From Calothrix sp. NIES-2100 (GTDB lineage Bacteria; Cyanobacteriota; Cyanobacteriia; Cyanobacteriales; Nostocaceae): DNA of 64,000 nucleotides. The position numbers were made by a program, and so were the translations under genes. The stretch is taken from assembly GCA_002368195.1 (NCBI GenBank), contig AP018178.1, forward strand, positions 5,081,286 through 5,145,285. The letters are read 5' to 3'. Of the stretch, positions 9,201 through 18,338 are shown piece by piece. Numbering within the stretch: position 1 is the first letter of the stretch; every line of letters starts with the position of its first letter. The notes under the pieces are model-generated. The model did no database searches. It worked only from the letters and a program-made list of their open reading frames with translations, and was not told where the DNA came from.

Positions 9201-9780
9201 AGCAGAAAAACTGCCAGAAATATTGCCAGAAGCACTCGCTGCCGCTAGGGCGATTCAGGATGAGTCATATCGCGCCTTAACCCTCAGTACCTTAGCAGAA
9301 AAACTGCCAGAGTTATTGCCAGAAGCACTCGCTGCCACTAGGCCGATTCTGAATAAGGAATATCGCGCCTCTGCCCTCAGTGCCTTAGTAGAAAAACTGC
9401 CACCAGAGTTGTTGCCAGAAGCGCTCGCTGCCGCCAGGGCGATTCAGGATGAGTATTTTCGCGCCTTAGCCCTCAGTGCCTTAGCCGATAAACTGCCACC
9501 AGAGTTGTTGCCAGAAGCACTCGCTGCAGTCAGGCCGATTCAGGATGAGTATTATCGCTCCTCTGCCCTCAGTGCCTTAGCTTTGGGGCTGTCACAAATG
9601 CTGAATGCTAAACTTTTCCCTCTGTGGCAAGATACACTTAATGAGTTATCTGCTCGCACTCGTCCCCATTTGCTGCGAGATATCAAAGCATTGTTTCCAG
9701 TTATATTTGCATTAGGTGGCAAAGTTGCAACAGCAGAAGTTGCCCGTGCAATTATGGATGTAGGGCGATGGTGGAAATAA
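6226..9780 (+). CDS. STAND-class NTPase (NB-ARC domain) with a C-terminal array of about 19 ~32-33-aa alpha-helical repeats
   Basis: P-loop 'GLGSVGKSTLA', Walker B 'LLVVDDAWN', 'VLVTTRE', and the GxP motif 'GYLPLALE' together define NB-ARC. From about 8400 to 9590 the DNA is a tandem ~96-99-bp repeat encoding 'LPxELLPEALAAARAIQDEYSRALALSALAEK'. The N-terminal ~225 aa are unassigned and contain a low-complexity insertion. Confidence 0.85.
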   Translation: MARESSKGPVIQKRVKRLLEALLCFADGEVEEDKFKIKYRWTEEDSANPKLTIETTLVRLEALTGAVRNPTPNPSSEVCSTGGTPARNFSPQARRGKDDGGEKLTKAQIREALNLLKDFVKILEDNRIHTQGSDDWHFTLKLWSRDKEKNLKRFDEVWESNKPKKSKELEANYTEDEGVAVVPQTKLAIFQAPPLPAHFVERPEYSDELKTRFLTEDNRTLVITAIHGLGSVGKSTLAAALAVDAEVQTRFCDGILWATLGQKPDVLSLISGWVQALGDYSFKPTSVEATSTHLRTLLYDKAVLLVVDDAWNTQDAQAFNVGGVRCQVLVTTREGAIAEALAASTYSLDIMKPSQAMALLTKKLRREITGAERQSAENLAQGVGYLPLALELAAAEVASGTTWDELLADIRQEVARLTSFDRPEAEEITDEASLKRLSLTASLNLSVKRMPQEKQQHFARLGVLPEDVNINKMMAGTLWGMGERDAAKMLQYLRNKALLLTGVPLADGTPTYRLHDLFHDLACNLLTAAPQPKRIGDLPGLGLQLVDAHAAFLEKYRQKIHKNLWHTLPNDGYIHQHLVWHLEKAGRVEEIHSLLREESATGNNGWYEAREKLAQTGGYITDISRAWELAEANWNESTTPQVVGWQCRYALITASLNSLAANVPIELLVALVKNNLWTAEQGLAYALQNPEPKQKVDAFAQLANYLPPNLERLALSEALVTARAIHDESDRASALSVLADKLPQELLPEALSAAKSIQDEYSRALALSSLAEKLPEVLPEALSAARVIQDEYSRALALSSLAEKLPEVLPEALSAARVIQDEYSWAQALRALAKKLPPELLTEILSAATSIQDGFSRANALSALAEKLPPELLPEALAAVRPIQDEYYRANALSALAEKLPPELLPEALKAARAIQDEYSRALALSALVEKLPQELLPEALAAARAIQDEYSRALALSALVEKLPQELLPEALAAARAIQDKKYSADVLSALAEKLPEILPEALAAARAIQDESYRALTLSTLAEKLPELLPEALAATRPILNKEYRASALSALVEKLPPELLPEALAAARAIQDEYFRALALSALADKLPPELLPEALAAVRPIQDEYYRSSALSALALGLSQMLNAKLFPLWQDTLNELSARTRPHLLRDIKALFPVIFALGGKVATAEVARAIMDVGRWWK
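8400..9590 (+). repeat. Intragenic tandem repeat (about 96-99 bp x about 19) inside the NB-ARC gene
   Basis: Near-identical DNA units are visible, for example 'gattcaggatgagtattctcgcgccttagccctcagt...ctgccagaagc'. Confidence 0.9.
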
Positions 9781-9950
9781 TTTGTAATTCGTAGTACCAT
9801 CCGGGAAGCGCAAAGCGCTACGTAATTCGTAATTTACACCTCAAAAGTATGGAGTGCGATCGCCTTCCTAGCCTCAAAAGTATGGAGTGCGATCGCTGCT
9901 CGACAAAATGCGATCGCGGTTCACTACTCCAGAAAATGCGATCGCTCAAC

Positions 9951-10319
9951 CTATTCTTCAATCCAAGTACTTAAAAATACCACCTGATTCTGCATTTCTG
10001 CTGCTGACTTAGCTGCAATTAACCTCAAAATCCCGCGCATTAATTCGCCCACTGAGTAACGTTGCTGTTGTACTAAAATCATTCCAGCATGGGATTGTTC
10101 TTCGCTCAAAAATTTACTGTGTAAACGGTAGAAATCCCTAATATTAGCACTATATAAAACTAGACCTTGCTCTGTTGCCCATCTCAGTTGTTCTTCATCG
10201 GTATAGCCCAGTCTATTAACACTTAAACTTGTGATTACATCTACACCACGATTTTGTAGAGCCATAACTAAAGAATGTGCCGTAGAATCTTCATCCATGT
10301 ACAATCGAATTTGGCTCAT
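9951..10319 (-). CDS. DUF5615-family PIN-like protein (putative toxin of a DUF433/DUF5615 pair)
   Basis: 122 aa. It starts 4 bp inside the stop of the upstream DUF433 gene (ATGA overlap). The composition is typical of Mut7-C/PIN-like DUF5615 proteins. Confidence 0.6.
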   Translation of the reverse strand: MSQIRLYMDEDSTAHSLVMALQNRGVDVITSLSVNRLGYTDEEQLRWATEQGLVLYSANIRDFYRLHSKFLSEEQSHAGMILVQQQRYSVGELMRGILRLIAAKSAAEMQNQVVFLSTWIEE

Positions 10320-10609
10320 GAAAGTTTTTGAGTCTGATGCAGTTTTTCTAATCTCTCAGCTTCGGCTGCTTCGGCTGCAATATCAGCATCAATTTCTTCA
10401 CGGTTCGCATGATAATAAGCTAAAGCTGCATAAACCTGGGCTAAATTTAGATGATTAATTTGCTCGGCAATTTCTTCTGCACTGTAACCTTGTTTATACC
10501 AAATAGCTATACGCCGGACTGTCACCCCTGTACCAGCAATAATCGGGCAACCTCCGTGTACTTCAGGATTATGATTAATTAGTGTGCCGATATCGGTAAT
10601 AGTTGCCAA
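10316..10609 (-). CDS. DUF433-domain protein (putative antitoxin partner)
   Basis: 97 aa. The 'GGCPIIAGTGVTVRRI' core matches DUF433, and translational coupling to the downstream gene is a hallmark of this TA-like pair. Confidence 0.6.
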   Translation of the reverse strand: MATITDIGTLINHNPEVHGGCPIIAGTGVTVRRIAIWYKQGYSAEEIAEQINHLNLAQVYAALAYYHANREEIDADIAAEAAEAERLEKLHQTQKLS

Positions 10610-10820
10610 AACTTATTCTCCCCATTATTTCACGCTCAATATCATTATTACAAAGTTAGTATTCCAGAAAATGCGATCGCTTCTCGACAAAATGCGATCG
10701 CTTATCACTCAGAGGCGATCGCTTAACCTTGTAAGATTCGCACTCCATCTCTTCGCTGCGATTTTTACCACCAAGCGATGCAGCATCTACACAAAATCAG
10801 CTTTCTTTACCAAAATCACC

Positions 10821-11050
10821 TCATCCATAGAGAACCTCATCGCATTCATGACCAACCAGATCGGGTTGTTTATCAATGAGTACTCATCCATAGAGAAGGC
10901 GATCGCATTCATGACCAACGCGATCGGGTTGTCTATCAACGAGTACTCATCCATAGAGAAGGCGATCGCATTCACAACCAACGAGATCGGGTTGTCTATC
11001 AATGAGTACTCATTCATACAGAACCAGATCTCATTCACAACCAACGAGTT
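10821..11050. repeat. Tandem ~60-bp repeat x4, each unit carrying HIP1
   Basis: Unit: catccatagagaaggcgatcgcattcatgaccaacgcgatcgggttgtctatcaacgagtact. Both strands translate into repetitive ORFs, which makes it unlikely to be coding. Confidence 0.8.
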
Positions 11051-11327
11051 AATTTTCTGCGCCAAAAGGCTGCACCAGGTGATGGGATATGGCGCTGCTC
11101 CAAGTTGGGGAACTCCAAGGAGCGATCGCTATTGATTACGCATAATTACAGAATTATATCCCCAAAATATTGTTAAAAAAAGCCAAATATTTGTGATTTT
11201 CCCTGAGCCGGAAGACTGCTGTTTTAAGACAAGCTAACAGTAGTACTGCGAAGCGGAGTTCAAAATTCAAAATAAAGTTGATTTTTTTACGCCGTGCTGT
11301 CCGAGAAAAGTTCATGAGGAGTAATCT

Positions 11328-11738
11328 ATGACTCTACCCAAACGTTCATCTCGCATTCTCGAAAAAGCTCAACAGAGAGTTTCTGGAATGCAAACTATCG
11401 ATGCAAATCTTGATTTTGGTGATTCTAATAGCTTGCACAACATGCTACAACAAATTGAGCAATTACGCAACAAGCTCAACACCCACAACAATGCTCTGTC
11501 TGTAATTGATGCTTCTAGAACTGATATTGAACAGCTAGAAAAAAGCTTGAGCGTTTTGTGTGAAAATATGCTGATGTCAGTTGCAGGCAAATACGGCAAA
11601 GACAGCGCGGAATATGTCAAGGCTGGTGGTGTGCGTAAAAGCGATCGCATTCGCAAAGGTACTAAAACTCGGATAAAAACTGGTGCAGAGCAAGCGGCTG
11701 TTAAGTCTGATCCAACTACTAGTAGTCCACCACATTAA
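11328..11738 (+). CDS. Hypothetical protein (136 aa), coiled-coil/basic C-terminus
   Basis: GAGGAG Shine-Dalgarno 7 bp upstream of the ATG, and a terminator hairpin downstream. No recognisable domain. Confidence 0.5.
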   Translation: MTLPKRSSRILEKAQQRVSGMQTIDANLDFGDSNSLHNMLQQIEQLRNKLNTHNNALSVIDASRTDIEQLEKSLSVLCENMLMSVAGKYGKDSAEYVKAGGVRKSDRIRKGTKTRIKTGAEQAAVKSDPTTSSPPH

Positions 11739-11760
11739 TTCTGATAGGTGAAGTTGGTTA

Positions 11761-11791
11761 GATCCCCGACTTCTTGGAGAAGTCGGGGATC
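11761..11791. terminator. Perfect 13-bp-stem hairpin between convergent genes (putative bidirectional terminator)
   Basis: gatccccgacttc ttgga gaagtcggggatc. There is no strong U-tract. Confidence 0.45.
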
Positions 11792-11807
11792 TAGCATAAG
11801 AGCAAAG

Positions 11808-14282
11808 TTATCCAACAGTGGGAGTCATTACTTTATCTCCAAAGCTTTGACTTCCTTGCATATACTCCTCTAAACTAAAGGAATCTACTTGAATCGCATC
11901 ATTACGGGCAAACTCTGCTTCACATATAAGTTCAACGTCTTTCTCGCTAATTACCCCAGCTTTCAAGGCTGCGGAAATTAACTCATCGGGTTTTAGGTGT
12001 GGTAGTTTCCCCGCATGGCTAGCATTTTTGATAGTTTTGATGATTGGTTCAGCTTGGGATAACAAGGTGAAAGCTTTTTCCAAGCGTCCCAATGCTTCAT
12101 TGCTGCTGCGGGGAATATGAATACCTGCGGTGAGGCGATCGCGTATTTCTCCTGGAGTTTGTAATTTATGCGCAACTTCAGCACCAAGTTTGTCATCAGG
12201 TAATGAACCAATGGGATTAAGTCGCCACCACCAAGTCAAGAAATTACCTAATACTGGCACAAATAAATTCTGGAAAATCCCCTCAAACGCTAACTGCATC
12301 TGCGCAAAAGCATATTGCATCGCCCAATGCACAAAAGGTAAGTCTTCGGGTTTTCGTCCTTCGGCTTCAAAACGGCGCAGAGTAGCAGTTGCTAGGTACA
12401 TCCAGGTGAGAATATCCGCAAACCTTCCTGTCAGTTTCTCCCGTCGCTTCAAGGTTCCACCGAAGGAGAACATCGCAATATCAGTTAGTAAGGCAAAGGT
12501 AGCCGCAGCCCATTGTAATTTGCGGTAATATTTAGCTGTCGCACCTGACACTGGTGAAGCTGCTAAATTCCCACGGGTAAGATAAAGAAGTTTGGCGCGG
12601 AAACCATTACGCACCGTCAACCCTAAATGATGCCAAAAAGCGCGATCAAAAGCAGTCACATCTGATTGACTTAGGGCTGTAATTTCCTGATAGACGTAAG
12701 GATGACAGCGAATCGCCCCTTGTCCAAAAATCATCAAGGTACGGGTGAGAATATTTGCACCTTCTACGGTAATGGAAATTGGAGTGGCTGTATAAATATT
12801 TGCCAATAAATTTCTGGGGCCTCGGCAAATTCCCGCACCGCCCATAATGTCCATACCGTCGTTGATGATTTTACGGGATAATTCTGTCAAACTGTATTTG
12901 GCGATCGCCGAAATTACCGCAGGTTGTTCGCCTTGATCTACCGCACCGCAGGTATAAGTTCGCGCTGCTTCCATTAAGTAGGTTAAACCGCCAATTCTCG
13001 CTAAAGGTTCTTCTACACCTTCAAACCGACCAATCGCTAAACCAAATTGTTGTCGTACCACAGCATGGGCGCTGGTAACTCTCGCTACTAACTTCGCCAC
13101 GCCCGTACAACTAGCCGGGAAGCTAATTCCCCTACCTGCGGCTAGGCTTTGCATCAACATTTTCCAGCCATTACCAGCCTGTTCCACACCGCCGATAATT
13201 TGCTCAACAGGGATAATAACGTTATGTCCTTCTGTAGGAGAATTGTAAAAAGGTACACCCATTGGGTCATGCCTTCTACCCATAATTACGCCCGGTGTGT
13301 CGGTGGGGATTAAAACGCAGGTAATGCCAACTTCTTTACCTTTGCCTAAGTAATTTTCCGGGTCGCGTAATTTAAAAGCTAGTCCTAAAAGAGAGGCGAT
13401 CGCAGCTAAAGTAATATATCGTTTCTTCCAATTCAACCGCAGATAAAGCTTACCATCTTCACCTCTAAATACCGTTCCTTCTGACTTAATACTAGCTGCA
13501 TCTGACCCAGCCGTCGGTTCTGTCAGCGCAAAACAAGGAATTTCCTCACCCCTGGCGAGGCGGGGTAGGTAATAATTTTTCTGTTCCTCTGTTCCATAGC
13601 GGAGTAATAATTTTGCGGGGCCTAATGAATTTGTTACGCCAACAGTCGCCACATGGGTAAAAGAACGCGATGCTAACTTAGTCATCACATTGCTGTAGGC
13701 GAAATTAGAAAATCCCAAACCGCCATACTCTTGAGGAATCATCATTCCTAAAAAGCGTTCTTGTTTGAGATAGTCCCAAACTTCAGGCGGTAAATCCTTG
13801 CGGCGGTAAATTTCCCAATCACTCACCATGCGACAAACTTGTTCAACGGGACCATCAAGAAAGGCTTGCAATTCTGGTGTAACTAGAGGATATGGTTCTT
13901 GATTAATTCTGTGAAAATTTGGTTTACCTGAGAAGAATTCCCCATCTACCCAAACATTACCCGCTTCAATAGCTGCGCGTTCGGTATCAGAGATTTTGGG
14001 TAATAAATTAAAAGCTTTAATGGCTTTGATTAATGGTGATGTGATGATATTTTGGCGGATAATTGGGATATTGAAAATAAGAGCGATCGCACCAAAAATC
14101 ACCCAAGTCCAAATAGGGGCGTGAACAGTTACTAGTAATGCTGCGAAATATAGCGACCAAACCCATAAAGGAACGCCGATGTAACCAAGAAACAGTATGA
14201 ATAAAATAGACGCGGCGACGCGGAGACTGAGGGACGCGGTGATTATTTGTAAGTAGTTTTGTGAAAAAAAGGAAGTAATCAT
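11808..14282 (-). CDS. fadE: Acyl-CoA dehydrogenase, long membrane-anchored FadE type
   Basis: 824 aa. The N-terminal TM helices are followed by 'SDTERAAIEAGNVWVDGEFFSGKPNF', which resembles the E. coli FadE N-terminal region. The C-terminal part has an acyl-CoA dehydrogenase fold. Confidence 0.75.
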   Translation of the reverse strand: MITSFFSQNYLQIITASLSLRVAASILFILFLGYIGVPLWVWSLYFAALLVTVHAPIWTWVIFGAIALIFNIPIIRQNIITSPLIKAIKAFNLLPKISDTERAAIEAGNVWVDGEFFSGKPNFHRINQEPYPLVTPELQAFLDGPVEQVCRMVSDWEIYRRKDLPPEVWDYLKQERFLGMMIPQEYGGLGFSNFAYSNVMTKLASRSFTHVATVGVTNSLGPAKLLLRYGTEEQKNYYLPRLARGEEIPCFALTEPTAGSDAASIKSEGTVFRGEDGKLYLRLNWKKRYITLAAIASLLGLAFKLRDPENYLGKGKEVGITCVLIPTDTPGVIMGRRHDPMGVPFYNSPTEGHNVIIPVEQIIGGVEQAGNGWKMLMQSLAAGRGISFPASCTGVAKLVARVTSAHAVVRQQFGLAIGRFEGVEEPLARIGGLTYLMEAARTYTCGAVDQGEQPAVISAIAKYSLTELSRKIINDGMDIMGGAGICRGPRNLLANIYTATPISITVEGANILTRTLMIFGQGAIRCHPYVYQEITALSQSDVTAFDRAFWHHLGLTVRNGFRAKLLYLTRGNLAASPVSGATAKYYRKLQWAAATFALLTDIAMFSFGGTLKRREKLTGRFADILTWMYLATATLRRFEAEGRKPEDLPFVHWAMQYAFAQMQLAFEGIFQNLFVPVLGNFLTWWWRLNPIGSLPDDKLGAEVAHKLQTPGEIRDRLTAGIHIPRSSNEALGRLEKAFTLLSQAEPIIKTIKNASHAGKLPHLKPDELISAALKAGVISEKDVELICEAEFARNDAIQVDSFSLEEYMQGSQSFGDKVMTPTVG

Positions 14283-14432
14283 AGCTTTACCTTTTTACTA
14301 ATCCCATGTGCAATTAAATATTTGTCGTGATGACTCAGACAAAGTAATAAGACACGGGGATTGGGAGATATTTTCTTTATGTCTTTCTCTCCGCGTCACC
14401 GCGTCCCTACGTCCCCGCGTCATCTTCAGTCC

Positions 14433-15614
14433 CTAAATCATCAAATTCTCAAACACCGCCGCAGCACCCATTCCCCCGCCTACACACATCGTCACCAAAC
14501 CATAACGGACGCTACGCCGTTTCATTTCGTGGAATAAGGTAGCTGTAAGTTTCGCACCAGTACAACCGAGGGGATGTCCTAAAGCGATCGCACCACCGTT
14601 AACATTGACAATTTCTTCATTAAGTCCAAGTTTGCGAATGACAGCCAAGCTTTGAGCTGCAAAGGCTTCGTTAAGTTCGATTAAACCAATATCGTTTAAA
14701 GTAAGACCAACTTGTTTTAAGACTTTGGGAACAGCTTCCACCGGGCCAATACCCATCACTTCCGGGGCGACACCTGCAACCGCATAGCCTAACATTTTAC
14801 CCATTGGACGGACATCGAGCATATGTACCATGCGATCGCTCATCACGACTGTTGCAGCTGCACCATCGGACATTTGCGATGAATTACCGGCTGTCACCGC
14901 ACCACCCATGCGAAATACAGGCTGCAATTTCATCAAGGCTTCCATACTGGTATCTGGACGCGGCCCTTCATCTACCGTCAATACCTTTTCTATCGGTCTG
15001 GGAGTACCATCAACATAGAGAACTTCCTGAACTTTTAGCGGTACAGTTTCCTCTGCAAACCGCCCTTGTCTAATAGCAACCACAGCCTTTTGGTGTGAAC
15101 GCAGCGCAAAAGCATCCTGTTCTTGACGAGAGATTTCGTAATGCTGCATGACATTTTCGGCTGTAATCCCCATCGTGCAGTAAACCTTGGGTATATCCAC
15201 CATCATGTCTGGATTGGGGGCTAAATAATGCCCGCCCATTGGAATCAAACTCATCGATTCCGCACCACCAGCCACAATTACCTCTGCGTGTCCTGCCATA
15301 ATTGCTTGAGATGCGATCGCAATACTTTGCAATCCCGAAGCACAGAAGCGATTCACAGTCATCCCGGCGACGGAATCAGGTAACCCTGCACGTTGAGCAA
15401 TTAACCGTCCAATATTAAACCCCTGTTCTGCTTCTGGAAAAGCACAACCCATAATGACATCATCAATATATACAGCTTCTAAATCTTTAACTTTTTCAAT
15501 TGCTGCTTTCACAACAACTGCACCCATATCATCAGGACGCATATTATGTAGAGTTCCTCGTGGTGCTTTGCCTACAGGCGTGCGAACGCTACTCACTATA
15601 TACGCTTCTTTCAT
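14433..15614 (-). CDS. fadA: Acetyl-CoA C-acyltransferase (3-ketoacyl-CoA thiolase)
   Basis: '[17 protein letters not shown]' is a thiolase N-terminus, 'NRFCASGLQ' carries the active-site Cys, and the C-terminal 'GCTGA' motif is present. The start is placed at the ATG with a GGGAG Shine-Dalgarno, about 15614. Confidence 0.85.
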   Translation of the reverse strand: MKEAYIVSSVRTPVGKAPRGTLHNMRPDDMGAVVVKAAIEKVKDLEAVYIDDVIMGCAFPEAEQGFNIGRLIAQRAGLPDSVAGMTVNRFCASGLQSIAIASQAIMAGHAEVIVAGGAESMSLIPMGGHYLAPNPDMMVDIPKVYCTMGITAENVMQHYEISRQEQDAFALRSHQKAVVAIRQGRFAEETVPLKVQEVLYVDGTPRPIEKVLTVDEGPRPDTSMEALMKLQPVFRMGGAVTAGNSSQMSDGAAATVVMSDRMVHMLDVRPMGKMLGYAVAGVAPEVMGIGPVEAVPKVLKQVGLTLNDIGLIELNEAFAAQSLAVIRKLGLNEEIVNVNGGAIALGHPLGCTGAKLTATLFHEMKRRSVRYGLVTMCVGGGMGAAAVFENLMI

Positions 15615-15774
15615 AAATAACTCCCACCTATTGATAAATAAGGCAAAAGAGATAATTCTCTTCCTCCTCTTCCTTCGTGTTCTTTGCGCCTTTGCGGTTC
15701 GTTTAAAAAAATTCAGAACGAACCGCGAAGACACGAAGGTCGCAAAGGTAAGAGGGATTAAAAGGGTTTTTGCG

Positions 15775-18144
15775 TTAGTTTCTGAGAGGCTTCTTAGTTT
15801 TCAAAGTATGAGCAAATCTTTCTTGCGTTTTTGGTTGGTGTAATAGTGGTAAAAAGGATTCTCTCTCCAATTTTGATAAGTACTCTTCATCAACCAAAGC
15901 AGGCGCAGTTAATTCTCCTCCAGTCATCACATACGCCAAACGACTAGCTAAATAATGGTCATATTCAGAAATATAACCACCCTGCTGCATCACATAAGCT
16001 GCGTGTTCCAACATCGCCCGCGCCGGACGACCTAGCACCATGATGGCGTTACGTTCTACTGGTGGTGTGTAACCAACGTGATCTAAACACAGCACTTCCT
16101 CTTTCGCCACAGATAAAAGCCTGTCGGAATTCATTACAATCTTAGTTGATGGAGAAAGGAAACCTAATTCCTGTCCTTCATGGGCGCTACTGGAAACCTT
16201 CGCCATTCCAACAGTTTCAAATACTTTCCTTAAGAAGGGTTGAATATCTTGTGGTGATTCGCTGGCGGCTTTGTCAACCGCCCAGGTAACCATGCGCATA
16301 ATCCCGCCAGCCCCAGGAATCAAACCTACGCTGAGTTCTACTAATCCGATGTAAGTTTCCGCCGCTGCGACTACATGGGGACAAGCTAAAACTAATTCAC
16401 AACCTCCACCTAACACCCGCCCAACAATTGCAGCCACAATTGGTTTGGGGAAATATTTAATCCGTTGCAGTAATGCTTGGAATTTGACAATTAAATCGGC
16501 AATACCTTTACCGTTATCTGTTTGCGCCAACATGGCCATTTCTGCCAAATTCGCGCCACCAGAGAAGTTTGCACTATCGTTTCCAATGATTAAACCTCGG
16601 TAATCACTGTTTTCAATAATATCTAATACCGCAGCTAATCCTTCTACGACTTTTAAAGTTAGGGTATGTCCTTTGGAATGAAACTCATATAAAACAACTC
16701 CATCACCCAAGTCTAACAAAGAAGCTTCTGAATTTTCCCACAAGATATTTTTGGCATCTTCTTTGATAGCTGGTATATTAATTTCGTCTGTTGGGGCTTT
16801 GGGTTGTTCGCTAATACATACAGCACAGGCTTCAACTACCTTTTGTTCCGCCCAAGATAGTCGGTCTTGGCGATAGAAACTATGCACACCAGAATTGTGC
16901 ATCTTTTCTACCCACTCTGGCACAGATATATCAGCAGCTTTCATGTCTGCTAATACAGTTTCAAAGCCGAGGACATCCCAAATTTCAAAGGGGCCGAGTT
17001 CCCAACCGAAACCCCAACGAATCGCCCTGTCTATATCTGCGGGTTTATCAGCAATTTCGGGGATGCGACGGGCGCTGTAACCTAAGATTTCTAAGGTGGA
17101 TTGGCGGAAGAATTTACCAGCACGACCAGAATCGTGGTAGAGTTTGCGTAGGCGATCGCCTAAATTACCAATTTTCCCAATTCCCTCAATATCCCCTAAA
17201 TCCAGCGGTTTCGCGGCTTCATACCCTAACGTTGTCGGATTAAGAGAAAGAATTTCCTTACCTTGCTTCTTGTAAAATCCTTGACCTGTTTTTGCGCCCA
17301 ATGTCCCAGTTTCTACGAGTTTCTTCATTAACTGCGGAACTCGCAAAACCTCCCGGCTTTCATCTTGAGGAATCGCTGGGTAAAGGTTTTTCGCTACATA
17401 CAGCAATGTATCTAACCCTACTACATCAGCAGTGCGGAATGTAGCTGATTTTGGTCGTCCAGCGATTACTCCAGTTAACGTATCGATTTCTTCAATTGTG
17501 TAACCTTGCTCAGTCACACCCTTAATCCCCAACATCGTTGCATACATCCCGATGCGGTTGGCAATAAAGTTAGGTGTGTCTTTAGCTACTACCACACCTT
17601 TACCCAGATGTATCCTCCCAAACCATTGCATTCTTTCCAGGATTTGCAGATCAGTATCAGGTGTAGGAATTAACTCTAATAATTTAAGATAGCGAGGAGG
17701 GTTAAAAAAGTGAGTACCTAAAAACCGCTGACGAAAAGCTTCCGAACGCCCTTGAGCAATTTCATTGATGGGTAAGCCACTAGTATTAGTAGACACCACA
17801 GCATCATCACGAATTGTACTTTCGATTCGCGCCATCAAATCTTGTTTAATAGCGAGATTTTCGACTACAACTTCAATTACCCAATCAACATTAGCAATGC
17901 GGTGGAAATGTTCGTCAAAATTTCCCAAAATAATCCTGCGCGCTGTTTTTTCTGTAAAGAAAATTGGTGGAGATTGCTTGAGTGCTTTTTTAAAAGCTGT
18001 TTCCACAACCTCGTTTTTATTGTCACCTTTAGCCGCAATATCCAATAAATGAACTGTTAAGCCCGCATTCGCTAAATGTGCGGCGATTTGAGTTCCCATC
18101 ACCCCCGCACCCAATACTGCTGCTGTTCGGAACGGCTTAAACAT
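15775..18144 (-). CDS. fadN: Bifunctional 3-hydroxyacyl-CoA dehydrogenase / enoyl-CoA hydratase (FadN-type domain order)
   Basis: The N-terminal 'AVLGAGVMGTQIAAHLANAG' is a Rossmann fold (3HCDH_N), and the C-terminal half is a crotonase fold. At 789 aa it has the same length and architecture as B. subtilis FadN. Confidence 0.8.
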   Translation of the reverse strand: MFKPFRTAAVLGAGVMGTQIAAHLANAGLTVHLLDIAAKGDNKNEVVETAFKKALKQSPPIFFTEKTARRIILGNFDEHFHRIANVDWVIEVVVENLAIKQDLMARIESTIRDDAVVSTNTSGLPINEIAQGRSEAFRQRFLGTHFFNPPRYLKLLELIPTPDTDLQILERMQWFGRIHLGKGVVVAKDTPNFIANRIGMYATMLGIKGVTEQGYTIEEIDTLTGVIAGRPKSATFRTADVVGLDTLLYVAKNLYPAIPQDESREVLRVPQLMKKLVETGTLGAKTGQGFYKKQGKEILSLNPTTLGYEAAKPLDLGDIEGIGKIGNLGDRLRKLYHDSGRAGKFFRQSTLEILGYSARRIPEIADKPADIDRAIRWGFGWELGPFEIWDVLGFETVLADMKAADISVPEWVEKMHNSGVHSFYRQDRLSWAEQKVVEACAVCISEQPKAPTDEINIPAIKEDAKNILWENSEASLLDLGDGVVLYEFHSKGHTLTLKVVEGLAAVLDIIENSDYRGLIIGNDSANFSGGANLAEMAMLAQTDNGKGIADLIVKFQALLQRIKYFPKPIVAAIVGRVLGGGCELVLACPHVVAAAETYIGLVELSVGLIPGAGGIMRMVTWAVDKAASESPQDIQPFLRKVFETVGMAKVSSSAHEGQELGFLSPSTKIVMNSDRLLSVAKEEVLCLDHVGYTPPVERNAIMVLGRPARAMLEHAAYVMQQGGYISEYDHYLASRLAYVMTGGELTAPALVDEEYLSKLERESFLPLLHQPKTQERFAHTLKTKKPLRN

Positions 18145-18163
18145 ACATCACCCTTCCTTGTTC

Positions 18164-18195
18164 GATTTTAGATTTTAGATTTTAGATTTTGGATT
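18164..18195. repeat. Heptamer tandem repeat (GATTTTA)x4
   Basis: gattttagattttagattttagattttggatt. Confidence 0.9.
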
Positions 18196-18338
18196 AAATT
18201 AACTACCTAACTCGCAAAAAATCACGCTACTGACGCAAAAACTCTTTATAACTCTCTTCCCTCCGCGCCCTCTGCGCCCTCTGCGGTTCGTTTCCTAATT
18301 CTCTTTCACACCTTGAACCTTCCCAGCCAAACTAAATC

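Noticed and set aside
10584-11135. 183-aa (+) and 92-aa (-) ORFs with repetitive 'IAFMTNxIGLSINEYSSIEK' peptide
   Set aside because: They lie entirely within a 60-bp x4 tandem DNA repeat that is open on both strands and has no Shine-Dalgarno. Translation of the repeat explains them, so I treated the region as non-coding repeat.
11993-15073. Internal and antisense ORFs inside fadE and the thiolase gene (for example 12130..12528+, 14804..15073+)
   Set aside because: The sense genes have strong family signatures. The alternatives lack motifs and ribosome-binding sites.
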